Counted from the stretch's first letter, positions 36,340 through 50,290 are shown. The stretch: DNA of 64,000 nucleotides from Lama glama (GCA_028534125.1 CM052818.1:39558001-39622000); one strand, 5' to 3'. Numbers and translations: made by a program. Notes: generated by a model not told the origin, from the letters alone.

Positions 36340-39300
36340 TTCCTGGATCCACATAGTATGTGACTTATACATACTCAGCTCTCTTTGCTCTACCCCTGGA
36401 CCATTTTAGGTTTGAATTGTTTACTATTTCACTCTGGAAAACTCTGCTTTCAGGACAATTACACATCTGTAAGGAGGGGAGGATGGTGTAGACTACTGTA
36501 ACCAAATACGCACCGGGAGAAGGGATCTTTAATTGGTATTTTAAAATTGATTTTTTTTTTTCTCTGTTGGGTTGGAAAGCAGAATAAACATTGGGAGAGT
36601 GAGCCCTGGAAGCATTGCCTGTGTCAGGAGAGGGCTGCCCCCCTTCCAGTTCCCAAATTCTATGCTACAGAGAAGAGAATCTGGCTGCCCCTCTGGGCTC
36701 GCTCCCCAGCCACAGGGTGCTAGGTGGAATGCGGGTTGGGAGATGAGCCAAAAGGAGACAGGATGTTCTTCTCTTGAGCTGGAAATGCTCCTCATCTGGG
36801 GAGAAATTTAGGAAAGCGCCAGACCCAAGTCCTTGCTCCTTGAACTCTCTCTCCTTCCTGCCTTCCTTCCCTCTCACCTTCTAGACATGGGTCCTGGCCA
36901 TAGCACCTGCCCAGGGAGATGTAACAGGCCATAGAAATTCAGACAAGAGACTGGCCTCTGTTTGGGGAACCAGCTTCTTGTAATGACAGGTCTCCTTCTC
37001 AGGACCAGGACAGAGGATGGTGACGAGGAGGAGAGGGAGAAGGGAAGATCTGGTCATGGGCAAGAATAAAAAAGAAACATGCTGTGGTTTCGGGAGCCAT
37101 GGGTTTTACAGTCTGTGCTATTTTCACCTCATGGGGAGACAAATGAATGGGGATCCACCTCCTTAACAAACCAACCGGAATGAGAACCTCCTCTGAACAG
37201 AAATCTTTGTTGAACCAATCTAATTTTGTGCTACAAGTTACTTTGGGGGAGTAAGGGAGTGCATACTGGCAAGGAAAACACCTGAGGGAAGGATGGGGGT
37301 GGAGACAATGGATGCCTGCAGGTGATGGTCATGGGTCTAGACTGGCTGAAACAGCAAGGAGGTGGGATGAGAGGGAAGTGGGGTGCGTAAGACCTGTATG
37401 AGGGGGTGCAGATTGGGGAGCATCCCACAGAGGGACGCAGTTGCTCTTGTAGGCTTGGGAGGGATGATGTGAGGAACTCTGTCTTTGAGGAGAAGTCTTG
37501 GAAGACTGGACTGTGGAGAGCAGCCCTTTGAGTCCCATTCAGTTCAGCCAGCATCCACTGAGCACTTGCTCTGAGTGGGATGGAGGGTCTGCAGGTGAGA
37601 AGCGAGGTCTGAGCCTGGAAGGCAGTGTGCTGTGCCTGCTGCACTCCCTGTGCCTGTCACCCTTTCGTGTGCTGTGCCTTCAGCTTCCAGTAGCCCTTTG
37701 TCAGCCATCTGTTAACCCCCAGCCTGACTTGAGCCCTTTGGCTGAGGCAAAATGAGAGCCATGAATCTGGTGCATTCACCTCTTGTAGCCCAGGTTATTG
37801 GTTTCCATCTACAACTTCAACAGGCACTACCATGATTGAAATATCTTAGGGCAGGGGATCTCTAGTTGAACAAATGAACTGCACCCAGTGATAGACAGCT
37901 GAATACTCATTACCACATGGTCACCAAGGCCTGGGTGGCATGAGTTGGGTCACTCTGAGGGCTTACAGGAGATGACCACAGGGACACTGGAGTGGAGACC
38001 TCAAGCTCTTCGGTGAAAATCTTAGGGACAAGATTGGGGTCCTGCCTGCAGGTAAGAAGTTCAGAGTGAATTTTCCATGTACAGAATCCAATTCTCTTGA
38101 TGGCTCAAAGTCTCTTTTCATTGCAGGTGTTTAGACAATAAAGATAAACTGGGAAAGCTGACATGATGATATAACCTTGAAGTAGGGCTTAAGGAATTAT
38201 GACCATGTTGTGTCTATTTCATTTCACTTAGGCAGTTGAGAGTGTTTTAATGACAAAATTCAATTCTAGTCCTACATTTTTTCCCTGAAATAAAGGAACT
38301 GGAGTGTTAATATGACATCCGAACAAATCTGTGAAGTGACAGATGAAGGGCTGGTTAATACACAGACAGTATCAGAGACTTCAGCCAGCGGTTTGACAAC
38401 ATCCTTTCAGGTAGTAGGTCATGGGGATGGTGGGACTTCAAAGGGCATTCTTTGAATTTGGTTCACCTGGTCATAGGAACCCTGAACTGTGCAGTGAACA
38501 GTTGGAGCATGGACATGGAGGTTGACAGTGTCACTGCTCAGCACTGACTCACCAACGGGAAACTTAACTCCATCACATCGACACCCAAGGGCCCTTGACC
38601 ATATTGAAAATTCTGGGGTTGACCAGAGGTAGTGTTCTGCCTAGAATGTAGCCCAGACCTTACAACATCAGGTTACGGTGCACTGTGATCTGAGACTACA
38701 TAACATTCGATGGCAGTTTGAGGCCCTTGATAAAGCCAAAATATCCGACAGTAAATTATTCACCTCCGAATTTAAGGATGAGAAAGCATTTCCTAATTAA
38801 ACTGTTTACAGAAAGATGAGTCAGAGTAATAAAAAATGGAACCTATACATTTATGGGAAATAACCTTTAAGATACCCTAGTAGGTCATTTTAACTTATTC
38901 TGCCCTCTGGGGAGACATGTATATAGCTGATACCTATATATGCTGATATTCTATAGATAACTTTTGAAACTGAGGTACTGATTCCTAAAATTCAGTCAAT
39001 AGCCTTAGAATATTTTTCTTTTTCCTTCTTTCTTTTCCAAGATGTTGGGTTCTGCATAGCTTGTATTTGAACCAATTCTCTGTTATTTTAGACTCTTCTT
39101 GAGCTGATTGTCCCATAGCTTTACCTTTCACATGTATATCTAGCACCTTCTAAGTGTAAGGCATGGAACTAAGAGTTCCTTGTATGGACCACAGAAGTTG
39201 CAGACCCCTACATGCTCACCTCCCAGTGTGGAAAATGCAGTGCTCACGTCGGGATCCACAGGGAGGTCTGAGCTCTTTGAGATCAAGGCCTGATACAGCA

Positions 39301-40809
39301 TCCCCGCCCCCCACCCCCCATCTTGGGAATTCTAGCTTGTGGAAGTCCAAATACTTCTCCAACTTTTCTGTGAACTGCCAGGGATGTTTGGGCTTTTCTG
39401 CTTTCTAGACTTCTGCTTCCTTGTATGAAAACTTTGCTCTGCATTTTTTGATAAGCTATTATGGTGATTCTTATGCTGGTTGTCTGTGGATCACACCTCT
39501 GCAAACACTGATAGAAGGCAACTTAATATGCTTCGTGCCTTGCTCCCAAATGCACATACCTAAAACTGTTCGGCAGAGCTGAAGACTTCAGTTCAATATG
39601 CTGTTCCCTCTATACAACTCAGCTGTGGTTAATGACCCCCACTTTATTTGGTAATATTTATAAGACAAAGAAGTGTATGAATAATATTGAAGGAGTGTTA
39701 ATGGAGAAGTCAATGTAAGCGTTCAGAGGGTGGAAACACCATTGTGTTCCCAGAGTACAGGAAAAGACAGCTTCCTGAGAGGTGGTGAAACTAAACTTCA
39801 AGGGGAAAGATCTGGCCAGCTGTAGGGCGAACAAGATGAGCAAGAACTTGGGAGATGGACATGGGGGTAGAATAAGAATAAGATGTAGTTGAGGACCAAG
39901 AGGACATGAGCCCAGCTGGAGTAGCGAGCCCTGGGTACCAGGCTATCACTAGAAATTGGAAGAGAAGCAATAACCTTGTCACCACTGCTGGTGAATTCGT
40001 AAGACATATTTTCTTTTCGAATTAGTGCCCCCCACACTTATGGACACAACAGGAATTTATAAAATTTCTTGCTTAGTTGATCCACAGAGCCTGATGCTCC
40101 GCTAGGAAATCAGGGATACCTCTTGACTGACGTGTTTTGTCCTGTTCCCCATGGCCTTCCTTTAAGGCTTCTGAAAAGACCGCCTTCTTCTTTTTCTGAC
40201 CTCAGCGCTCCCTCACCTCCACCTGCCCGCTCCCAGTCTTTCTGAGGCTGTGATTTCCCGTCTCGCCTTCCTCTGGGTTTAGTCCTTGTGAGCCTTGATT
40301 AGAGGTAAACCACAGAGCAAGCAGTCCCCTCGGGCAGCTGCCTTTCTTTCCACTCTTCCTGGAGCTGAGGCATCTGGTTCTCATTCTCTTCTTGATGCAT
40401 TGGTCTCCACTTTCACCTTGCTCTGTTTTCGTATATATTATACTGCCAGTTTGAAACTCAGAGCTCCTAACTGGTCTTGCCCCCTGTAATAAAAGTAGCA
40501 TCCAAAGGGAATCTGAAGAGAGCTGGACAGGTTGAGAAAGGCTTGCGTATGAATTAAAGCCTTACCCAGAGCAAAATTTCTGTAGCCAGGAAGATGTGAG
40601 CCTGTCGAACCCTTTCGATGGAGGCATTCTTAGCTTTGATCTCTGGACAATCTTTGTGGATCCTTTTGACCCCGAAAATGAGATTGAAATTTGTGTATGG
40701 GCGTGTACATTCTTTGGAGGACAGGATCTGAAGCTTACATGAGATTCTCAAAGAGATATGAGACCCAAAAGGGATTAAAATCCACCATCACAAATCTATG
40801 TGGCTATCT

Positions 40810-40945
40810 GTAGCAACCCCTAGTTGTTACTAGGAGGAAGTTGAAGCTTAGAGAGGTTATGTACTTGCTAAAGTCACTAAGTATTGTGAACAGGAGGCAA
40901 ATCAAGACAGGCTGGGTGTGGGCTCTGAGCCACCGTACCAGCCTG
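40810..40945 (-). mobile_element. MIR SINE
   Basis: gaggaagttgaagcttagagaggttatgtacttgctaaagtcac. Confidence 0.7.
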
Positions 40946-41081
40946 CCCCTCCAGTACGGGAGCATGTCCTCACAATTCCTAGAAACACCTGTCACCTATT
41001 GGGCTGCTCAGGTGTGCAAAGGAGGCTGGGTGAAGCTCATGTGTTTTCTTTCAGTACCTGGAGCAGTGAGGCTCACCTAGA

Positions 41082-41260
41082 GCAGGTGTTCTCATCCTTG
41101 GTTGAAATGAGAAGTTCCTGGGTAACTTGTAAATATCTTGATGCCCCGGCCTCACCCCTAGTTCAGTCACTGAAATAGACTCTTTGAGGGTTGGACTTGG
41201 ACACCAGTAATGTCTGAAGCTCCTCAGATGTTACAGTGTGCAGTCAAATTTAAACACCAT
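41082..41260. mobile_element. MER5-type hAT MITE
   Basis: caggtgttctca...gatgccccggcctcacccc...aagctcctcagatg...gtgcagtcaaattt. Confidence 0.65.
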
Positions 41261-41549
41261 TAACCGCTAGCATCTGGAATGGTGAAGTGGGTCTCCCATC
41301 GAGGAAACCTGGGTTCTGCCCCCCCAGAACAGCTGCCAACATGCCCAGTGCACTAGCCTTTTTTATTTTCCCACCCAACAGGCCTACTTAGCTTGATGCT
41401 CATCAGGACTGGCCTTTCCTCATCTTTGCTCATCAAAACATTGTTCATTTTCCCAAACCCAGCTCCTAGGATGCCACCGGCCAGAAATGCCCTCTCCCTT
41501 GTTGCTCCCTCAAAACACTGCTGGTTCTTCTCTCTGGTTCTGTGGCTTG

Positions 41550-41898
41550 TTTTATTTTTTATTGAAGTGTACTTGATTTACAATGTTAGTTTCAGGAGTG
41601 CAGCAAAGCGATTCAGTTATATACATATATACATACATATAAAAATATATTTTTCAAATTCTTTTCCATTATAGGTAATTACAAGAAATTGAATATAGTT
41701 TCCTGTGTTATACAGTAGATCTTTGTTGTTTATTGGGCTCGTCATGGTTTCTTCTTTAACTTATTAGCTACAGGAGATCTTTTCTGGTAGTTTCCAGTCT
41801 TTTTTACCGACAACTGTTCTGCAGTTAGTTGTGATGTTGGTGTGTCTGTGAGAGGAGGTGAGCTCTGGCTCCTTCCTCTCGGCTATCTTGGCTGCCAG
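41550..41898 (-). mobile_element. Bipartite L1-derived element: L1 5' terminus fused to L1 3' terminus
   Basis: 41550-41733 matches the L1 3' end seen at 21300-21506; 41734-41892 reads on the minus strand gccaagatagccga...gagctcacctcctctcac...atcacaactaactgcagaac, resembling a laurasiatherian L1 5' start. Confidence 0.75.
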
Positions 41899-43869
41899 TG
41901 TGGTCTGCTCTTTGTTTCATCGTCCTCTCCTAAAGGCCATCTTCGCATCCTCCCTCATGCTGCCCTCCACCCCCGTGCCTGGCGTCCGGTAGTCACTCAG
42001 CCTGTGCTTCTGGGTGGGTGGATGGATGAACGAACACGTGGCCTTGAGAATTTCACATACTTCTTAGCTACCCCCTCACCCCCAGTCTTTTAGATTAATG
42101 TCCCCACTGAAGTCACGACAACCTTTCAGTTTCCAAAATTAATTTCTAGCACAGTCACTGGACCAGGATGTTCTTCAGGGATTCTTTCAGCTCTCCTGAT
42201 GAGGGAGAAATGAAAAGGAGAGCCACGATATTAACTCAGTTCTAATTTGTAAACAATCTTATTTATAAACTTCTGGTCAAAGGGAACTGAAGTGAGCTCA
42301 TTTGTTTGGAGAGCTCAATAATTTTTTGGCACTTAAGCTGCTATTCGAAATTTCCCCCTCCTAACCGGAGAACGTCTTGTTGGCTTTAGTTTTTCCACAG
42401 CTCACTGTACAGGGGCATCCGCTGCTTCACCCCTGGCCAGGACAGACCTCACAGCCTGCTTCCAGCCTCGGTCATCACCTCTGCCTTACGCTTGGGCGTC
42501 TCTAATATCATAATGGTTTTTCTTGGGATTTTCTCACAGCAAATCACACCTTTGCCTTTAAATGCCCTGGTTTGTCTTCTGTGTTCCCAAGGAACTGTAC
42601 TGAGATTCTCCAGATGCACTTATTTGTAATTCACCTAATCAAACCACATTTGGGGATAAGTTGGAGGTGGACAGGGAGGAGGTGATGATCTCATGGAAGG
42701 AAAAGGAAATGCACAGGTTCTTGGACTGAGAGTCCCACAGAGTCCCAGAGCTGTGGCTCCTTATTACTGACATGAATTTAGCTTCACAATATAGTAACCA
42801 TCACAGTGGGAAAGAATAGTGGTCCTGGAGGGTGAGTATTGGAGATCATCCTGCCAGCCGCCTGAACTTAACTTAAGAGGGTCTCTCGGGGTCAGTATGA
42901 GGGGTGTCCAGCAGTGCTAGGACCCTAATCCCAGTCAAACATAGGGATGGTGGACAGGACCTCGCTGTCCCACGTTGCAGGTGGCCAAAGTGTGTGGGAA
43001 TGGAGCTGCTCTCCCACACAGTGTGAAGGGCCTAGGGGGTCATGTCACCAACTCAGTTAATATTCAGGGAGCTGCAGGTGATGTCAAGCTGATGATGGCT
43101 CTTCTAAATTTATCTCACACACAACCGTCTGAATCAGCCATGTTCTCTTAGGTATTAAATAATGTAGTCTGCCCTCTGTATCTGGAACCTGTACTGAGTT
43201 CAGCCTTGATCTTTTCTCTGTCTGCAGCAAGCAGGCATCAGAGATTTTTATTTTTATTTTATTTAAAATACTTTTCTCATTTTTAGAGGATACTTTAAAT
43301 AGAGCCTCTGGACAAGATGGTAAGGTGTTTGAGTCCCCCATTTCCATTAAACTGACCAATGAAATATACACATTTACAAAAACTCGTGTTCATACTAGAA
43401 ACCAGGAATTGATGCCAATCACATGCTGTGACACCGAAGAATTTCTGAAACGGAGGTGGTAGGGTTTGAACTGAAAAAAGCTACATGGAGAATCCTGTCT
43501 CAGAGAAGGCAGAGTCTAAGAAGTTGTACTGAGGGGACACGGGCTGGACCTCAGTGACAGTGCTGACCTGGAGAGATGAGGGTTGGCAGTGAAATCGGGC
43601 TGCAGAGGCCTTCAGTGCACCTTATTTGAATTGCTCTTCTGTGAAATGGAGGCTTGGTTCCCCGCAAATTGCACAGTGAGTTCTAGCGTTTACTCCTGAA
43701 ACAGGCAGTAGCACCGAGCACAGACCAGCTATTACGGAGAATTCATCTTGATGCCAGAGTTATCCCCAGTGGGGACAGATACAGTACATCATAGGATGAA
43801 CTTGACTTCACTAGTGTTTCATAGATCGATATTTGTGGCTAAGAATTTACCTTTGAGTGCCATATTGGC

Positions 43870-44660
43870 TTTATCCTTATTGTTTCAATATTTTTTCCCC
43901 TCATTTTTTTGTCTTTACAGTTGTCCGTTTGATTTCCTCATTGACCCTAAGGTTATTTCAGAGACTTTTTAAAATTTAACTTCCTCTAGCTTTCCTTCCT
44001 AACTCTAACAATTTGGGAATAATACTGTTACTCATATTTTGTGGTCAGAAAATGTGGCTGTAGAATTTAAGCACTTTGAATTTATTAAAGCTTTATTTGT
44101 TGCCTAGTATTAAATAAGAATTTGAAATACTTCATAGGCATATATTGGTATACTCTCTGCTGAATGCCAAGTTAAATCTCTCTCTCTCTCTCCTTCCCTC
44201 TTTCACACATACATATCTCTTCTTATAACTATTAATTGTATGGTTCAAATCTTCTGTAACTTTCTCTTTGATGTATCGTGGATAAATAGTGCCTTATTAA
44301 GTTTTATTGGTTTCACTTCTAGTTTTTACAATTGAGATCATTAAGGTTTTAACCAAAATATTAAATTAATCAGCACGTAAGTATTTATGACTTACACCAT
44401 TATTATTGATTATCAATACAAAAAGTATTGCTTTATTCTTTTAATATTTGTTACTCTTTTCTGATCTTTTTTCTATTCCTTCTCGAATTTTATTTGCATT
44501 TGCCTGACACATCTAAGTTAAATCTTTTGCTTTTAACCTTTCTGTGTCATTAACTTTGTTTTACTAGTAGGTGTGTTTTCTAACTTAATCTGAAGTTTTC
44601 TGTTTCTTTTTACTGAGAGAGTTGAACCTGTTTATGTTTGATCTTCTGTTAATCTGTTGT
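43870..44660 (-). mobile_element. Very old L1 (L1ME-like) ORF2 5' region
   Basis: gatttcctcattgaccc...tgtggtcagaaaatgtgg...ttgcatttgcctg...ttttaacctttctgtgtca. Confidence 0.65.
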
Positions 44661-44929
44661 GTTTTCTTTTATTAGAGGGTTTATGAGGATTAAGTGAGAT
44701 GATACCGCTAATGTTCTAAGCACAGAATCTGGCACATGTTTAGTACTTTAACTATTGCTTATCATATCAATAGAGGCTCATAAAAGTATTCATGAAGCAC
44801 TCATTCCTGATAAAGCTCTTTGAAAATGAGGATAAGAAAGGTACAGATTTTCTATTTAGCTTACTACATTTTTCAAATATCCTTCAAAGTTAATTTTGTT
44901 CATAAAATGTGCACGTATGTCTTCTTCCA

Positions 44930-45072
44930 TAGAAGGATCTAGCAGTTGTATTTAAAATACAGATTCCTGGGCCTTACTCTGTGCTACAGAGCCAGCATTT
45001 CCAGGAGAGAAGCCTGGTGATTCTTTTGAAAACGAATATCTAAGATGATTATTTAGAAATTTGAGAAACACT
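44930..45072. mobile_element. MER5-type hAT MITE
   Basis: aaaatacagattcctgggcc...aatttgagaaacact. Confidence 0.6.
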
Positions 45073-45374
45073 ACGGTTTCTGCATTGGGACTTCTCGACC
45101 TCATCATTTGGCTTCATTTAGTAAATTTGATGTGCTTGTTAAAACATTTATAGCATAGAATCATAGGTTCATCCCAAGTCAAGCAAACAATAGCATTAAA
45201 AATAACTAGAAGGGTCCTTTTTTTAAGAAAATGCTTTAAAGAATTCATCTGTCATTAGTATCTAAAAACTTTCTTCACAAAGAAACAGGAGAATCACTAC
45301 CAGTAAAATCAGGAACAGGATGAAGGTGGCCACGGTCATCATCACTTAACTTTGACAGCCCAGCTACAAGCTCC

Positions 45375-45590
45375 TGTCCTGGAGTCCAGAGGCCCGGGGT
45401 GGTGGCCCTCATTCTTCCGCCAACTCGCTCTTTAATCATTGGCACATGACTTCTCTGTCCTCAGTTTTCTCAGCTCTGGAATGGGGATAGGGGCAGTCTC
45501 AACCTCCTGGAAGGTGAGGATTAAGAGAGGGGATGCATGTGATATGCTGAGCAGAGTGCGTGGCCCATTTGTCAGCACTTGCAAAAGTCA
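45375..45590 (+). mobile_element. MIR SINE
   Basis: ctctgtcctcagttttctcagctctggaatggggatag...gtgaggattaa. Confidence 0.75.
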
Positions 45591-46509
45591 GCTTTCTCAC
45601 ATTTTTGCCCCTGTGTACTTGAAGAAGGAGCTCAAAGAGAGTGTGGACTTGACCCAGGGCCCCTGAGTTAGTGGACACGATCTCTGGCTGTGGGAGTCAG
45701 TCCAGCGTCTCTTACTCTACCACCCTGCCGCTTACACCTGGACTTGTTAGGGTTGAAAGATGAGAAACAAACAACAGAAATAGATTTGGCGTCCGGCACA
45801 GGCTAAACTGCCCACACTCATGCTTCCTGACCACAGCCCTGACTCTCAGAGAGACTGGAGGGAAGAATCTTCTAGCACCTTGCACCTCAGGGGGGACAGA
45901 CGGGAGACAGTGCCACACGGACCCCCATCCCAGCCTTCTCCACTTGTACCCAACATCCAGCAGGAAGCAGAGGCTAGTACACAGAACGCAAAGCCACTTT
46001 CTGCATGGCGGCCTCACCGAGGTGGATGGTGCTGTAGGTTTGCTTTCCCAGCAGGGATGGCTTGAACCTTTCATCACCAAGACCGCAGTTCAAGCTTAAA
46101 GAATGTGGTGAAATTACTTCTGTGGATCTTAACTCAGAGCTTTGAGCACGCTTCCTTCATATAAATAAATCACATTCTTTTTCCCACTTTGGTGGTGGAC
46201 AGTCTCGCCCTGCCCAGTGAGGCAGGAAGTACGCTGATGTGGAAGTGAACATCTCTGCATGGGCCTGCCCACAGCCGCCAGGTGACATCAGGCAGCAGCA
46301 GCAGGCAAGTGTCTGGGTGGATGAATGAAGGAGTCTCTGGCTGCACAAAAACCTCTCTTAGTTTCCTTAGCAGGTTTGGTTCTTATTCCTATTCAGTTAT
46401 AAGAGAAGCCTTACATCTACTGTGATGATGAGAGTAGGTTAAAAAAAAAAAAGAACCCAAACCAAAAAACTTCTTCTGTGAAAACCAAGAAATGCAAAGG
46501 TATAAGCTC

Positions 46510-46660
46510 AACAGAGACTGGGCATCAGGAATTCTGGGTTCCAGCCCTGATTTGCCCCTAGTAATTGTGTGGATTTGAACATACTAGCTCAAGCTTCAGT
46601 TTTCTGTAGAATGCAGTTAATAATATTTGCTGAGTCATTCTCACTGGGGATGTAAGGTGT
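46510..46660 (+). mobile_element. MIR SINE
   Basis: ctgggttccagccctga...gcttcagttttctgtagaatg. Confidence 0.6.
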
Positions 46661-46936
46661 CCTTGAAAATTCACATAGAAGCTTGATTGAGGGCATGGTT
46701 CAATTCTTATTTATCCCTCTTCTCTGTGCTGTTTGTAGAACAGTTCAGTGGAGTTTTGTTGAGTGAATGAATGGGTAAATGAAAGAGCACTACCAGCCAT
46801 AAAACTTCATTTTAAATGATCTTTTTAATGTCTCTGTATCTCCTCCTGTCCTATGACTTTGATGAGGGAAGTCATCATTTTACCCTTAGAGCCTATGTGG
46901 TGGCCTGGCGAGTTGCAGGCTCCCAGGTTGTAAAAT

Positions 46937-47038
46937 CAGTGAATGCAGAATAGAGGTGATGCTGTTACAACAGTGAATGCAGGATGGAGGTGATGCTGTT
47001 ACAACAGTGAATGCAGGATGGAGGTGATGCTGTTACAA
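46937..47038. repeat. Minisatellite, 3 x 34 bp
   Basis: cagtgaatgcag(a/g)at(a/g)gaggtgatgctgttacaa head-to-tail; copies 2 and 3 are identical. Confidence 0.95.
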
Positions 47039-48129
47039 AGAAGCCCTGAAGCCCCAGCTCCTTCTCTTGCTCTAAGTTTATTTACTCTGAAAATCCTAGT
47101 TGGTGTTAAATGTATCTCAGTTCACTTTATCTGTATGTCTTGTCTCTTCCATAAACTGTGAGATCCCAAGGGAGGGGACACTATCTTCTATCTTGGCAGT
47201 TTTCCTGGTTCCTGAAGACATGCCTTTAGGTCAGTGGATGGAGCAATTGGTACAAGTGTGGCTGACTGTTACGCCAATATGTACCTCAAAAAAATAACAG
47301 TATTTTTTCTTATTATAAAAGTAATACAACCTCATGTTAGGAAATTTGGGGGCTGCAAAATATTATAAAGTAATTAAAAAAAACCCCTTAGGCTAATCTT
47401 CCCACCCAAGTACTGTTCTACATTAGAGAATTTAAATTTTATTTGAATTTACCAGGATAAAAGGAAATTGAAGACATTACTTAGTTTCTGACAATGTTTC
47501 TCCAATGTGAAAGTCACTGATTCTAAATTATTTCTTGCACTTGCTCTTGTTTTCTAAGCAGACAAACATTAAGAAGTTGATGTTCATGAGCTTTAACACA
47601 TCTCTGATTGGCATGACTTTCAATGTGTGGTTACTAAAACTTAGTCAAAGGTCAGAAGACACTGCTGAAGTCTTAAAAAAACAAGCGAGCAAGATAATTT
47701 TTCTTTAATGAGGTAAATGAAAATATTTATACTGATTTTTATGATTACTCTGCAATAAAATTAATAGAGAAAGCTAATCTGTAATAAAAATACCCTATAA
47801 AAGCAGAAAAGCACTTGAAGAAAGATGGGCAGATGCATTATGGGAAGGGGGGGGAAATATGGCAGGTTCCTGTTACCACCTCTAGTGCATTCTTGCTGTC
47901 TGAGGACTAGTTTATTCTTCCCTTTCTTCTTAGTTACCTGAACAACAGCATTTTAATTGATTTACTTATGCTAATGTATACTGAACACTTAATTTATACA
48001 TGCCAGGTAATGTCCTACACTCTCAACACATTTAAACTCATTTTATTCTCACAACACTTAATTTGCAGGTGAGGACTTGTGGTTTGGGGTAAGAGAAGGC
48101 TTTTATTCCACCTTCAGTAGATCTGTAAA

Positions 48130-48285
48130 GGGCTTCTGAGAAATCATCGAGTCTAACCATCTTATTTCAGAATCAGGAAACTGAGGCCAGAGCAGTTAAC
48201 TGATACCCACAGTCTCTCAGGCAGGTACTAGCACAGCTGGGCTAATCTCCAAATCTCATTCTTACTCCAGGGCTCTCTCCATAAT
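48130..48285 (-). mobile_element. MIR SINE
   Basis: atcatcgagtctaacc...caggaaactgaggcc...gactccagggctct-like end. Confidence 0.65.
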
Positions 48286-49924
48286 TCTGAACTTGACTGT
48301 CATCACATAGTTTATCCTGGGACTAAACACCCTTGGCTGTCAAATCTATGTGCTTGGACCCAGTGGGAATGCTGGCATTTACTCTCATCAGTTGCATCGT
48401 CTTTGATGTGTGTGGAACTTCCTGGACCAGTGAACCTGTCTGCAATGCTGTTAGAGTCAACGGCATTGTATGTTAAGAGGGCAATAGGTTGGAAAAAGAC
48501 TAGAGGTTCAGATGGCTGCTGGTTCCAGAAATGGGAGGGAGCGATGTGTGAGAAGGTGTGGGCCATCACCCCCCTTCCAATGTCACTCTTGTCACTTGGA
48601 GTTAGAGCCCTAGGTGAGAAGGTGCTAGAGGGAATACAGCTGCTGTGTTTTCTTAGGCAAATCACTGATGCCAATCAGCACGTGTGGGCACAGACCATGT
48701 GCTAAGCCTTGGAGAACTCTCTCTTTTGTGTCTTCATTTTCAACACCAGCTTCCTGTTGTTTTTTAGCAGTGGTTGGGTAGTGTTCCTCAGGTTTCACCC
48801 TTTCAGCATCTGAATGTCATTCCTTTGCCTAACTGATTTTTTTTTTCCTTCCACTTCTTCACTTGGTGTTGACAGCAGAAACTGTTAGTTTGAAAAAAAG
48901 TTGATTTAATGGTCCACTTGCAAGAAGCCATATAGCAACCAATCTGTTCTTAAGATTTGGAATTTATTTGATTCATCTTCTCAGATGACTTATTGAAATT
49001 GTCTTTAGAATGTGTCTAAAATGGGTGGTGTGTGCTCCACTGATGGCACTAGACCCAGACTTTCCATCCAGGTATTTATTTAATTGTCTCTTTTAATTCT
49101 CTCTGCTGACACTCATCTTGAAGCTTACTTTTGCCATTTTGTTGGAACGGTACTCCACCCCTGCCCCAAACATTTAACTCCTCTCAGATAAATCCAAGCC
49201 CAACCCTGAAATTCCCAGGTTGCCCTAAATCAATGCCAGACCGTATGGTATGTTAGTAATGGCTCATACTTCAGGGAGAAGAATTTTCATGAGTAGTTTC
49301 AGGGATGCAGATAAAAGCAGTGGAAAGCCCACACTTGGGCTATAGAAATCATTGCTTAAGACGGGTAGGAAAAATATGGTGGAGAGAGGAGAAACTCAGT
49401 GTTTGAATACAAAGTGACTGTTAGAAGGATGTGTTAGAACACTTGAGTCTCTCCAAATTTAAGCTGGACTCTCTAACTGTTTTTGAATTTAGTCTTAAGA
49501 TAAAGACGCAAAGACTTAGGGTCTTTTAAAGGAAAGGATGGTCTACTGGCTTGGTCTGTTGGGGGCTTTGTCCATTAATGGACTGGATGCTCTTCAGAAA
49601 GGAGTGCTTCTTGGTCTGGGAAACAGAGTGGAAGAACCATCTTCCTAAGTGTGTGGACACGTCATGTAGGCTTGGACCACGGGCCATGCTCTGCTTTCTT
49701 TCCTGTAAGAATCTGTGTGGCACAGTTAAGCTTTTTTTTTAAAGACTAAACTGGGACATTCACCTCTCCTCTGTGTGTCAGTTTCCTCTGCAAAAGTCAG
49801 AGGTGTAGAATAGAGATGCTTCTAGCAGTACTGTGGTGTTCTCACTATGATGGGTTCTATACTAGGGTTTTAGACTCATAAAGCTGAAAACACCTTAGAA
49901 GTCATCTGGTCTAACTTTCTTGCT

Positions 49925-50290
49925 CTGTTAGCCTTTGCTGTGTAGCAAACCATGCAAAAATTTAGTGGCTTCAAACAAACAAAAATGTATTATTTCTCAT
50001 AATCTTGTAGGGTAGCCAGTAGTCTCTCTTCTGCTTTCCTGGTCTCACTCATGACTGCTTTCTGCTCGTTGGACCTTCAGCTGGGCTGGAAGGTCCAAGA
50101 TAGCCTCATTCACATGTCTGGAACTTGATACTGGGTGTTGGTTGAGGTCCTTATTTTCCATGTGACCTTTCATCCTCTAATAGATTAGGCCAGCTTCCTT
50201 ACAGGGAAATCTCAGGCAGCGTCTTAAGAGAGGGATAGCCTCTCAAGGACTAGTCTCAGAAGTCACACAAGGTCACCTTCCATGCCTTGA
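49925..50290 (-). mobile_element. MaLR MLT1 LTR (MLT1G-J-like)
   Basis: gctgtgtagcaaacc...ttagtggcttcaaacaa...tatttctcataatc...gtccaagatagcctcattcacatgtctgg. Confidence 0.8.

Noticed and set aside
46276..46288. CTCF-like motif CCGCCAGGTGACA
   Set aside because: Mismatch at a conserved core G and a single short motif; not distinguishable from chance
46937..47038. CRISPR-like 34-bp repeats
   Set aside because: Head-to-tail with no spacers, no cas genes and a mammalian context
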